Origin: an uncultured bacterium
GTDB taxonomy: Bacteria; Patescibacteriota; Microgenomatia; UBA1400; CG1-02-47-37
Direction of reading: 5' to 3'
Length of the DNA: 64,000 nucleotides
Assembly (NCBI GenBank): GCA_963980215.1
Contig: CAXBYZ010000002.1
Span: 1,726 to 65,725, forward strand
The notes below the pieces were generated by a model that was not told the DNA's origin, ran no database searches, and saw only the letters and a program-made list of their open reading frames with translations. The translations under genes and the position numbers were made by a program. This document shows, in pieces, positions 1 through 8,046 of the stretch. Positions within the stretch are counted from its first letter, which is position 1. Each line of letters opens with the position of its first letter.

Positions 1-1
1 C

Positions 2-1117
2 AATGACAAACTGACCACTGCTACCGATGACACTCTCAACCTTCCTCCAGGAGAATACCAAGTCAAGATCGCCAAAGACGGCTACACTCCTTGGGAGAAA
101 ACTCTTAAACTTGAACCGGAACTAGTCACCCAAACCAATACTAGGTTATTCCCTTCTGTACCAGACCTAAAACCACTCACTTTCACTGGAGCTACCAACC
201 TCGCTCCTTCCCCAGATGGCCAAAAAATCGCTTTTGTTATCAACTCAGCTACCACTAACGACAAAAATGGTCTATATATCCTAGACCTCCTCGATCGCCC
301 TTTTGCTCTAAACTCAGATGCTCGTCAAATCACCAGAAACTCCAAAGCCTTTGACTACTCAACCGCTAGTTTCACTTGGTCTCCGGACTCTACTCAAATT
401 ATCGCTACCTTCAAAGATGCCAATCTTTTACTCTCTATCTCTAACTTTAGTGATCAAAAAGATCAAAAAGACATTACTGCTAGCTTACCTATTCTTCTTA
501 AAGAGTGGAACCTAGAACTCGATAAAAAAGAACATGAAAAACTAGTAAAGTTACCTGATTTTATTCAACAAGTAGCTACTACCTCAGCAACTGCCGTTTA
601 CTTCTCTCCTGATGAAGACAAGTTAATGTACACCGCCACCGCTTCTGCTCAAATTCCTGATGAACTCATCATTCCTCTTCCAGCCAGCTCTACCCAAAAA
701 CAAAATCGAGATATCAAGCCTGGTAATGTCTACATCTACGACATTGAAGAAGATAAAAATTTCTGGATCGCATCTGCCGATTCAAGGTCCGTTCTTGAAG
801 GTACTCCTTTAAGGCCGGACCTTAATGAAAATTCCGAACCTTCACCGGATCTCCTCTCTCATCTCTCCAACCGCTACTCACCCTTAAATCTTCAAAACAT
901 CCAATGGTATCCAGACTCACGCCACCTTATTAAAATCCTTGAAGATAAAATCGACATTATCGAGTATGACAACACCAACCACCAAACTATCTACGCCGGC
1001 CCTTTTGTCAACTTCTTTGCTTATCCTTGGCCCAACGGCAATCGCCTTATCATCCTTGCTTCTCTAAACGGCGGCTCTCACTTACCCCCAAACCTCTACT
1101 CTATTAATCTAAAATAA
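2..1117 (+). CDS. PEGA-domain / TolB-like beta-propeller protein (5' truncated by the window edge)
   Basis: Frame 2 is open from base 2 to the TAA at 1115-1117; the track only reports the part from the internal Met at 626. The N-terminus reads PPGEYQVKIAKDGYTPWEKTLKLEP, a PEGA-like motif. It is followed by propeller-like PDGQKIAF... and SPDSTQI... repeats. Confidence 0.45.
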   Translation, partial: NDKLTTATDDTLNLPPGEYQVKIAKDGYTPWEKTLKLEPELVTQTNTRLFPSVPDLKPLTFTGATNLAPSPDGQKIAFVINSATTNDKNGLYILDLLDRPFALNSDARQITRNSKAFDYSTASFTWSPDSTQIIATFKDANLLLSISNFSDQKDQKDITASLPILLKEWNLELDKKEHEKLVKLPDFIQQVATTSATAVYFSPDEDKLMYTATASAQIPDELIIPLPASSTQKQNRDIKPGNVYIYDIEEDKNFWIASADSRSVLEGTPLRPDLNENSEPSPDLLSHLSNRYSPLNLQNIQWYPDSRHLIKILEDKIDIIEYDNTNHQTIYAGPFVNFFAYPWPNGNRLIILASLNGGSHLPPNLYSINLK

Positions 1118-2235
1118 TGAAAGTTGTCAACTTAACTTCGACAAACCACGCATCCGTAACCAACCAAGCCGTTAAAACTCTTAAAAATAACGGCCTAGTT
1201 ATCTACCCTACTGAAACCTGCTACGGCGCCGGAGTTTTAGCTACCAGCCAACCGGCCATTGATAAACTTCTAGCCTACAAAACCCGTCGTGAAGGTAAAC
1301 CCCTCTCCATCGCCGTCACCAACAACACCATGGCATCAAAATATGTCACACTAAATACTTCTGCTAAAAACTTATATCAAAAATTCCTTCCCGGACCCCT
1401 CACTGTCATCTCTCGTGGTTTAAATAAAGTGGCCAAAGGTGTTCAATCAGAAACCCACACTCTAGGTATCCGCATTCCCGACTACCCCCTCATTACAAAA
1501 ATTGTTAAAACTCTAGGCCAGCCCATCACCGCCACTTCCGCCAACGCTTCCTACAAAAAACGCCCCTACTCAATTAAAGACATTTTAAATAATACTAGCC
1601 AAAAACAACAAAACTTAATTGACTTAATCATCGACGCCGGCACCTTACCTAAAAGACCCCCAAGCACCGTGGTTGACACCACCCTCGATGATCCTCTTAT
1701 CCTACGCAAGGGAGGTTCCGAACTTCAGGCTTTAGCCGATGCCAATTTCATTGGCACTAGTTCGAAACCTAAAAAACTCACCACCAAATCTCCCCAAGAC
1801 ACCATCAATCTTGCCAAAACTCTAATGCTTAAAAACTGGAACCACCTCCAAAAACACCCCCTCCTATTTCTCCTAATCGGTGACCTAGGCGCCGGCAAAA
1901 CCAAATTTGCCAAAGGCATTGGCCAGTTTTTAAAGATAAGCAACCCTATCACTTCGCCCACCTACACCATTGAAAAAGAGTATCCCTACACCCGCCACTC
2001 CATCTCCGGCCTCTTTCTTCATCTAGATCTTTGGCGTCTACAAAATCTAGAAGAACTAGACCAACTCAAGCTCAACTCCCGTCTTCTGCCCAAAAATGTC
2101 ATCGCTATCGAATGGGCTTCCCGCACTCTAAAACCAATCTTCTCCCTCGCTCGCCAATCCAAAGCCAAGATTATCTCAATTCAAATCTCTCCCGGATCCT
2201 CTCCATCTCATCGGCAGATAATAATTAATCATTGA
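1117..2235 (+). CDS. tsaC/tsaE: Fusion of L-threonylcarbamoyladenylate synthase (TsaC/YrdC domain) with the t6A ATPase TsaE (YjeE domain)
   Basis: The N-terminal ~200 aa show the YrdC/Sua5 fold signature (LVIYPTETCYGAG...ATSANASYKK...PSTVVD). The C-terminal half carries a TsaE P-loop (LLIGDLGAGKTKFAKGI, with PTYTIEKEYPY and HLDLWRL). It is a single ORF with no internal stop. Confidence 0.65.
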   Translation: MKVVNLTSTNHASVTNQAVKTLKNNGLVIYPTETCYGAGVLATSQPAIDKLLAYKTRREGKPLSIAVTNNTMASKYVTLNTSAKNLYQKFLPGPLTVISRGLNKVAKGVQSETHTLGIRIPDYPLITKIVKTLGQPITATSANASYKKRPYSIKDILNNTSQKQQNLIDLIIDAGTLPKRPPSTVVDTTLDDPLILRKGGSELQALADANFIGTSSKPKKLTTKSPQDTINLAKTLMLKNWNHLQKHPLLFLLIGDLGAGKTKFAKGIGQFLKISNPITSPTYTIEKEYPYTRHSISGLFLHLDLWRLQNLEELDQLKLNSRLLPKNVIAIEWASRTLKPIFSLARQSKAKIISIQISPGSSPSHRQIIINH

Positions 2236-2269
2236 CAAAAAAATATAAAGACACATATACTAATAGTTA

Positions 2270-3259
2270 ATGTTCAAACCACTAAAAAAGTTTGTCAAAA
2301 AAAATAGCACTACTTCTCTAGCTTTAGCGACCATTGCTATCTCCCTTTCAGTTGGCTTATCAATCCCCTCTGCTATCAATCCTAACATTAGCCAAATTTG
2401 TTTTGACTGGGATGTCAACTGCACTCAAACTAGGGCAACAAAAGAAAAAGCCAAACAAGCAGCTACCACTAGAAAAACAACCCCCAACCCACCAACACCC
2501 ACTAGACCAGATCCCGAAGATCTTCTTCCAGAAAATGAATTTTATGTTCCACCTGCCACGACTCCTGCCCCCCCCAAATCTGATGGCTGTAGAGAAGGTG
2601 AACGTCGATGCTATGGTGGTAAAAATCAATTCTGCGCCCCCCTTCCTAATAATCAAGGTACCGAGTGGATTAGTCTTGGCGGATCATGTGATCCTTCCAA
2701 ACCTTTAACAAACTACACCACTCAAACCACAACCGCTGAAACTCAAGAGGAAGATGAAAATTATGGAGTTCCTAAATGCAACCCTACATGTAAAGCACCA
2801 TATGTTTGCACCTGGCAAACAGGTAACTCAACTACTTGTATTCTTGAACAATTTACTTGTGTAGATGAAAATACAGGTGGAAATTATAAAAACGGGGTTC
2901 CTCTATACCTTCCCGGCCCTAGCGATCCTTACTGTAACTCATACAAAACCGGAGCAAATTCGGGATACGAATTTATCTCTCGAACCTGTGTCAATGGTCA
3001 ATGGAAAACCTCCTATTCAAAGAACCCAACCAGTAATTGTCCTGATACCGGTGGATGCCGAAGCTATACGAGTTCAGAAGAATTTCAGTTTAATAATTGC
3101 TGTGAAATAATGAAAAATCAATCAGATTGGGGTCAATATGAAAGTATGTGTAAAGGCCAATCTCAAATAGATAATTCAGATTCAAACCATTCAGTCATTG
3201 AAAAAGCCAAAGGATTCTTTGATGCTATCCTCTCAATTTTTGGCCTAAAAAGAACCTAA
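2270..3259 (+). CDS. Secreted cysteine-rich protein with a Pro/Thr-rich linker
   Basis: An N-terminal hydrophobic signal/anchor (LALATIAISLSVGLSI), a PT-rich stretch, and more than 20 Cys in the C-terminal 250 aa. No recognisable catalytic motif. Confidence 0.35.
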   Translation: MFKPLKKFVKKNSTTSLALATIAISLSVGLSIPSAINPNISQICFDWDVNCTQTRATKEKAKQAATTRKTTPNPPTPTRPDPEDLLPENEFYVPPATTPAPPKSDGCREGERRCYGGKNQFCAPLPNNQGTEWISLGGSCDPSKPLTNYTTQTTTAETQEEDENYGVPKCNPTCKAPYVCTWQTGNSTTCILEQFTCVDENTGGNYKNGVPLYLPGPSDPYCNSYKTGANSGYEFISRTCVNGQWKTSYSKNPTSNCPDTGGCRSYTSSEEFQFNNCCEIMKNQSDWGQYESMCKGQSQIDNSDSNHSVIEKAKGFFDAILSIFGLKRT

Positions 3260-3265
3260 GTCCTA

Positions 3266-4195
3266 ATGTCTCCCAAACGGCAATTTTTGATCTTGTTTTC
3301 ATCAAGTTTGTTTGGCCTGTTTCTCTCTTTCTTAATTAACCAAAACAGTTTTTACCAATTACCCACCATTCAACAAATTAACACTTCTCAAGACACCTTT
3401 GAATTAAAAATTGAGAATAAGTTCTTAGAACCAAATCAAACTTTTTCAGTTATCCTTGGCTATCATACTTCACAACCAGTTCAATTTCTTCAAGCCTTAC
3501 TGGAATTTGATCCAAACATCATAAAGATTATTCCACCCGATGAAAAACTTCATTCACTTAACTTTCATAAATTTGATACTCCTCAAAGAAATCAAATCAA
3601 AATTACTGCCAACTCTATTAATCCTTTAAATCTCATTAACCACTCAGATTCTCTTGAGGGTAATGGAGATATTGCCAAACTCAATTTTATAGTTATTGGT
3701 AATCAATCAACTCAAACCCAAATTAAGTTTATTGTTCCCGATAAAAATAACACTGATTGGAATAAAACCAACCTTGTCTTTCTAGATAATTTATTATCCC
3801 CAAACCAAATACTAAATCACACTCCAGAGTCATTAGTTTTAGATATTATTCTACCTTCACCTTCACCTTCACCAACTCCTTCGGCTACAGCCTCGGCTAA
3901 TTTAGTAGACAACAACCCATCTTCATCTTCAAACTCCGCTAGTTTTATTGAATACCTTAAACTATTCCCAATGATCGCTTCACAAGCTTCAGAAATTATT
4001 GAAGCTAGCCCATCTTCTTATCTTATCCCATCTCCAGAAGCAACTTTTACTGCCACCCTACCAATACCTGAACCTAAAGATGAACAACCATTAATCGTGA
4101 TCGAAACAAAAAAACCAACATTTTGGGATAATATTATTACAAAACTAAATCAAATTTTTATATACTTAGGTTCACTCACTTTAAACCGTTCCTGA
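3266..4195 (+). CDS. Secreted or membrane-anchored hypothetical protein with a PSPSPSPTPS linker
   Basis: An N-terminal TM/signal (FLILFSSSLFGLFLSFLI) and a low-complexity SP-rich linker. The 3' ~45 nt overlap the convergent HIT gene, so the true C-terminus is uncertain. Confidence 0.3.
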   Translation: MSPKRQFLILFSSSLFGLFLSFLINQNSFYQLPTIQQINTSQDTFELKIENKFLEPNQTFSVILGYHTSQPVQFLQALLEFDPNIIKIIPPDEKLHSLNFHKFDTPQRNQIKITANSINPLNLINHSDSLEGNGDIAKLNFIVIGNQSTQTQIKFIVPDKNNTDWNKTNLVFLDNLLSPNQILNHTPESLVLDIILPSPSPSPTPSATASANLVDNNPSSSSNSASFIEYLKLFPMIASQASEIIEASPSSYLIPSPEATFTATLPIPEPKDEQPLIVIETKKPTFWDNIITKLNQIFIYLGSLTLNRS

Positions 4196-4539
4196 ATCCT
4201 CTCCATCTCATCGGCAGATAGCTTTTCACCTTTAAGTGTATCTTTTCTCCCCGGTTTTAAGTGAATATGAGCATGGGGCACTTCCCAACCATAAATACTC
4301 GACCTAACCCCCTCACTAACCACTTCTCGAAAATGCCTAGCTAGTTTACCCACTACTTCAAAGTACTTCCCTAAATTTTCATAATCCCAAACCCACTCTT
4401 CATGCTGTTTTGGAATCACCACTGTGTGTCCGTAGGTATTTGGAAATATATCCAAAAAAGCCAAAAACTCCTCATCCTCGTAAACCTTATACGCCGGCAT
4501 CTCTCCTTTAATAATTTTGCAAAAGATACAATCCGTCAT
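4150..4539 (-). CDS. HIT-family (histidine triad) nucleotide hydrolase
   Basis: CIFCKII, HTVVIPKQH and the HxHxHxx triad (HAHIHLKP). The start is moved to the ATG at 4537-4539 (MTDCIFCKI); the track's 4572 start is a TTG that overlaps tsaD. Confidence 0.75.
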   Translation of the reverse strand: MTDCIFCKIIKGEMPAYKVYEDEEFLAFLDIFPNTYGHTVVIPKQHEEWVWDYENLGKYFEVVGKLARHFREVVSEGVRSSIYGWEVPHAHIHLKPGRKDTLKGEKLSADEMERIQERFKVSEPKYIKI

Positions 4540-4563
4540 ATCTTTGAGTATATAATACAGTTT

Positions 4564-5661
4564 ATGAAACAACCAGTAATTTTAGCTATCGACACTTCCT
4601 GCGATGAAACCGCCGCCGCCGTTTCTCGTGGCCGTAAAATTCTTAGTAACGTCATCTCCTCTCAAATTAACATCCATAAAAAATGGGGCGGCGTCGTCCC
4701 TCATCTAGCTAAACGCGCTCATTTGGAAAAAATAAAACCAGTGGTAAATAAAGCTTTATTACAAGCAGGGTTCGGAACTTCAGCAATTGCGACTCCGACG
4801 AAAGTCGGAGCTAGTTCCGAACCTAAAAACCTTACCGGCATCGACGCCATCGCCGTCACCATCGGCCCCGGCTTAGCTCCGGCTCTAGAAGTAGGTCTGG
4901 CCTACGCCAAAAAACTCGCCCAAGAGCACCACAAACCCCTCATCGCTATCAACCACATGGAAGGCCACCTACTCTCTTCTCTCGCCCTACCCAACTCTCA
5001 CACACATACTGGTTCGGAACCAGTATGTGACTTCCCCACCATTGGCTTACTCGTCTCCGGTGGTCACACCCAACTAGTTTTAGTTAAAAAAATTGGCGAC
5101 TATCAGCTCTTGGGTGAAACCCTAGATGATGCCGGCGGCGAAGCTCTAGACAAACTAGCTAAAATGTTAAAACTAGGCTACCCCGGTGGCCCGATTGTGG
5201 AAGAACTAGCCAAAAAAGGTCTTCCTGGCACTATTTCCTTACCAGTGCCAATTCAACACTCCAAAGATTTTAACTTTAGTTTTAGTGGTTTAAAAACCGC
5301 TGCCCTCTACCAAATTCAAGCTCAAAAAAAAATCACCAAAACCTACACCTCCAACATGTGTTATTCCTTTCAACAAGCCATCACTATATCTTTAACTACC
5401 AAACTTACTCGAGCCATCAACCAATATCGTCCCAAAAGCATCTTGCTTGGTGGTGGTGTCTTTTCTAACATCTACATTAGAAGTCAAGTCAGACAAACCG
5501 TCAAAAAATTCAACTTACCCTTACACCTTCCCTACTCCAAAAAACTATTTACAGATAACGCCGCCATGATTGCCATTCCCGCCTACTACAAATTCATGCA
5601 AAAAGACTTTGCAAAAAATCTTGACACCCTCGACCGCCAACCTAGTCTAAATTTTAATTAA
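4564..5661 (+). CDS. tsaD: tRNA N6-adenosine threonylcarbamoyltransferase TsaD (Kae1/YgjD family)
   Basis: MKQPVILAIDTSCDETAAAV..., GVVPHLAKRAH, IAVTIGPGLAPALEVGL and the His pair (INHMEGH). The start is refined to the ATG at 4564. It contains two in-frame hairpin elements (4769-4823 and 5003-5029). Confidence 0.85.
   Translation: MKQPVILAIDTSCDETAAAVSRGRKILSNVISSQINIHKKWGGVVPHLAKRAHLEKIKPVVNKALLQAGFGTSAIATPTKVGASSEPKNLTGIDAIAVTIGPGLAPALEVGLAYAKKLAQEHHKPLIAINHMEGHLLSSLALPNSHTHTGSEPVCDFPTIGLLVSGGHTQLVLVKKIGDYQLLGETLDDAGGEALDKLAKMLKLGYPGGPIVEELAKKGLPGTISLPVPIQHSKDFNFSFSGLKTAALYQIQAQKKITKTYTSNMCYSFQQAITISLTTKLTRAINQYRPKSILLGGGVFSNIYIRSQVRQTVKKFNLPLHLPYSKKLFTDNAAMIAIPAYYKFMQKDFAKNLDTLDRQPSLNFN
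4769..4823. repeat. 55-bp composite hairpin element inside tsaD
   Basis: GGTTCGGAAC...GACTCCGACGAAAGTCGGAGC...GTTCCGAACC; a near-identical copy at 19503-19557. Confidence 0.8.
5003..5029. repeat. 27-bp perfect palindrome CACATACTGGTTCGGAACCAGTATGTG in frame inside tsaD
   Basis: Encodes HTGSEPVC; related copy at 54033-54057 in leuS. Confidence 0.8.
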
Positions 5662-6373
5662 ATGCCCACTCAATTTCATGGGTTTTTGGATCAACTCCAT
5701 GATCACGAATCCAATTAGCTATTTCCTCTATTGAAACCTCTTCTTGTGTCAAAACCAAAACTTTAATTTTTTTTCTGCCAACATATTCAATCTTATAATT
5801 TAATGATTCATAGGGTAAAAAATTCACCAAAGGATAATTTTCTTTTTGAAAATTATCTAGTTGTTCCATCCCAATCGATCTCAATTTTTCTTCCCCAGTA
5901 GTAATTTGCCAAACATAAATCAACTGATCACCCTTATATACCATTACCTCATACCATTGACCGGATTTTAATATCTCAAGAGGATAAAAACTCACACTCA
6001 TCTCTCCCTTATTTATCAATGTTTCTCCCAAAATCACCGGATTTAATTGAATATTCATCTTATCTAAATCAATTAATTGATCAAACATCACTCGAATCAC
6101 ATCCAATTTTCTGTTAACTGTCTCATCAGCACTCGGTTCAGTTCTCATAATTTTTACGCTCTCGCCTCTTTTAATAGCCACCTGATCACTTAATATTTTC
6201 CCTAACTCTTCTTCCCTCAACACATCATTAAGTCTAAGCCCAAACATCGATTTCATCTCCCCTTTACTAACCATTTCTTGCTGTCGTTTAACCACCACTC
6301 CACCCACTACCAACAATAAACAACCAATACTAATCCCACCAATAACTAACAAAAATTTATAATCAAGTTTCAT
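5654..6373 (-). CDS. Membrane-anchored hypothetical protein
   Basis: One N-terminal TM helix (FLLVIGGISIGCLLLVVGGVVV) followed by a soluble domain. No motifs recognised. Confidence 0.35.
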   Translation of the reverse strand: MKLDYKFLLVIGGISIGCLLLVVGGVVVKRQQEMVSKGEMKSMFGLRLNDVLREEELGKILSDQVAIKRGESVKIMRTEPSADETVNRKLDVIRVMFDQLIDLDKMNIQLNPVILGETLINKGEMSVSFYPLEILKSGQWYEVMVYKGDQLIYVWQITTGEEKLRSIGMEQLDNFQKENYPLVNFLPYESLNYKIEYVGRKKIKVLVLTQEEVSIEEIANWIRDHGVDPKTHEIEWAFN

Positions 6374-6957
6374 GAACCTCCCAAAGGCCTCACGACAAAG
6401 TAGCTTAAATCTGCAGTCGGCACACTTGGTAAAGTAATCGTCCTACAATCACCTGCTCCACTATTTTGATAATTAAAGTCACATATGCGTACAAAATAAT
6501 CTCCATTTGACGTATTAATTGGATTACCGACCACCACCATAATATGCCCTTCATCTCTAGGAACCCCATCGTTTTTCGGTACTATATATTCCCCATCTAC
6601 CCATCCATTACTTCCATTCAATACAATTCCATCACCATCTTGAATTCCAATAGTGCTTGCTCCATAACTATTTATCAAATCACCTTTTTGACACCAATTA
6701 TTACTTCCAGGGTTACATACTGACGGTAAAGCACCAGCAATATTCCCATAAGTATCTACGCCAAAATGGCCAAAGCTTGGATTAATAGTAATCGCACCAT
6801 CCAAACACCTATAAACGATCTCTCCATTTTTGATATAAAAATCATAAGAAGTAGGATAATCTTCTCCAAGGCATAATTCCATATCACGATCAACCTGATT
6901 ATCATTAATCACCTCAATACTTTCCACACATAAATTAACCGCATCCACAATAATCAT
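6370..6957 (-). CDS. CHAP-like (Cys/His amidase-peptidase) domain protein, possibly the C-terminal part of the upstream ORF
   Basis: NNWCQKGD (candidate catalytic Cys) and DEGHIMVVVG (a GHVxxV-type His motif), typical of CHAP domains. It overlaps 6935-7807 by 23 nt in another frame. Confidence 0.35.
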   Translation of the reverse strand: MIIVDAVNLCVESIEVINDNQVDRDMELCLGEDYPTSYDFYIKNGEIVYRCLDGAITINPSFGHFGVDTYGNIAGALPSVCNPGSNNWCQKGDLINSYGASTIGIQDGDGIVLNGSNGWVDGEYIVPKNDGVPRDEGHIMVVVGNPINTSNGDYFVRICDFNYQNSGAGDCRTITLPSVPTADLSYFVVRPLGGS

Positions 6958-7807
6958 CTATCCAAAAACTACCTCCCAAACTTAATCTATCATCCACACT
7001 CTCCGTCACTGAAGTATTCTGATTAAATCCATTCAAAAATGATCCATAATTATCTCCATACACCCCCCACTCATCCCCTTGAACTTCATCAACCTCAATT
7101 ACAATATCAGCATAATCATGATACGAATCTCTCAATTCTTGTGGCCCATAAGTCACTTGACAATTAGGACAATAAACCCACGAACCAGTTGGCCCATCAC
7201 ATTTATATGTAGTATATCTTTCTCCAGCTCTCAACGGCCCAAACGCCACTACAGGATTACCCGATGCGTCTTTACTCACAGCATTACCATTCTTATCACG
7301 ACAAGGTATATCTCGCTCGTTATTTCCACTACTGCTATTTCCAGTAGTAACACCAGGAATTTGCCCTTGTTCTGCTACCGCATTTCCCCCTACATTATTC
7401 AAGTACTCCTCTCTCTCAGTTATAAATTCACCACTCAAACTATCATTCATTGCTCCGTCGTGATTTCCTTGCCATAAGTCAGCCAACCCCTTCCACCTAT
7501 CCGCATCTGCTTGCTTACCCTCCTTTAGTGTAATTTCTTGTTCTTTCAAAGGTTTCCTATTTTTCTCAAAAGCCTGCTTTACTTCTTCAGTTATTCGTTT
7601 TGCATCCTCTCGCCTCTGTTCTAACAAATTACTCTTATCAATTTTATCTTGTGTCTCTCTATCCAAGCCCGCTCTTCCATCTATATTAAATATCTTCGGC
7701 ACCTCTCCCTGATTACTCACCACATACTTACTCACCGGCACCATCAACGCCACTACCGCTACAATCACTAAAATCGGTAAATGAACAAAACCACGGCAAG
7801 CCTTCAT
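6935..7807 (-). CDS. Membrane-anchored coiled-coil protein (possible N-terminal portion of the CHAP protein)
   Basis: A signal/TM (LPILVIVAVVALMVPV), a charged coiled-coil segment and a Cys-rich C-terminus. Confidence 0.35.
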   Translation of the reverse strand: MKACRGFVHLPILVIVAVVALMVPVSKYVVSNQGEVPKIFNIDGRAGLDRETQDKIDKSNLLEQRREDAKRITEEVKQAFEKNRKPLKEQEITLKEGKQADADRWKGLADLWQGNHDGAMNDSLSGEFITEREEYLNNVGGNAVAEQGQIPGVTTGNSSSGNNERDIPCRDKNGNAVSKDASGNPVVAFGPLRAGERYTTYKCDGPTGSWVYCPNCQVTYGPQELRDSYHDYADIVIEVDEVQGDEWGVYGDNYGSFLNGFNQNTSVTESVDDRLSLGGSFWIDDYCGCG

Positions 7808-7861
7808 AGTTATATCCTATCAATACTTAGTCGAATTCTCAATGATATAATACTTCCAAAC

Positions 7862-7933
7862 GCTCTCATAGTTTAATGGATAAAACAGAGGTTTCCTAAA
7901 CCTCCGATGCAAGTTCGATTCTTGCTGGGGGCA
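7862..7933 (+). tRNA. tRNA-Arg (anticodon CCT)
   Basis: Hand-folded. Acceptor GCTCTCA/TGGGGGC (two G-U pairs), D-arm GTTT-AATGGATA-AAAC, anticodon arm GAGGT-TTCCTAA-ACCTC, a 4-nt variable loop, T-arm GCAAG-TTCGATT-CTTGC. No encoded CCA. Confidence 0.55.
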
Positions 7934-7938
7934 CATCT

Positions 7939-7963
7939 ACATGAAGGTTCGTAACCTTCATGT
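7939..7963. repeat. 25-bp perfect hairpin element ACATGAAGGTTCGTAACCTTCATGT in the spacer between the two tRNAs
   Basis: An identical 25-mer recurs at 24160-24184. Confidence 0.8.
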
Positions 7964-7968
7964 ACCAT

Positions 7969-8041
7969 CGGGGTGTAGCGCAGTTGGTAGCGCGCGTCGT
8001 TCGGGACGGCGAGGTCGTGAGTTCAAATCTCACCACCCCGA
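7969..8041 (+). tRNA. tRNA-Pro (anticodon CGG)
   Basis: Acceptor CGGGGTG/CACCCCG, D-arm GCGC-AGTTGGTA-GCGC, anticodon arm CGTCG-TTCGGGA-CGGCG, T-arm GTGAG-TTCAAAT-CTCAC, discriminator A. Confidence 0.75.
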
Positions 8042-8046
8042 CTTTA

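Noticed and set aside
1725-1961. Numerous 60-150-aa ORFs in the track antisense to or overlapping real genes (for example 1725-1961, 2334-2708, 2360-2656, 7079-7477, 14371-14661, 22170-22672, 25274-25638, 27561-27833, 28078-28602, 28917-29326, 29610-30132, 32227-32621, 41178-41505, 47627-48068, 52847-53680, 56442-56903, 57505-58102)
   Set aside because: They are by-products of the strong strand composition bias. The products are low-complexity (P/S/T/H/L-rich on the + strand, G/R/W-rich on the - strand), lack motifs, and fully overlap better-supported genes.
4150-4572. Use of the track's TTG start at 4572 for the HIT gene, and the 4402 start for tsaD
   Set aside because: Both extended N-termini are non-conserved and overlap each other. 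Internal ATGs at 4539 (HIT) and 4564 (tsaD) give canonical N-termini and a clean 24-nt divergent spacer containing TATAAT.
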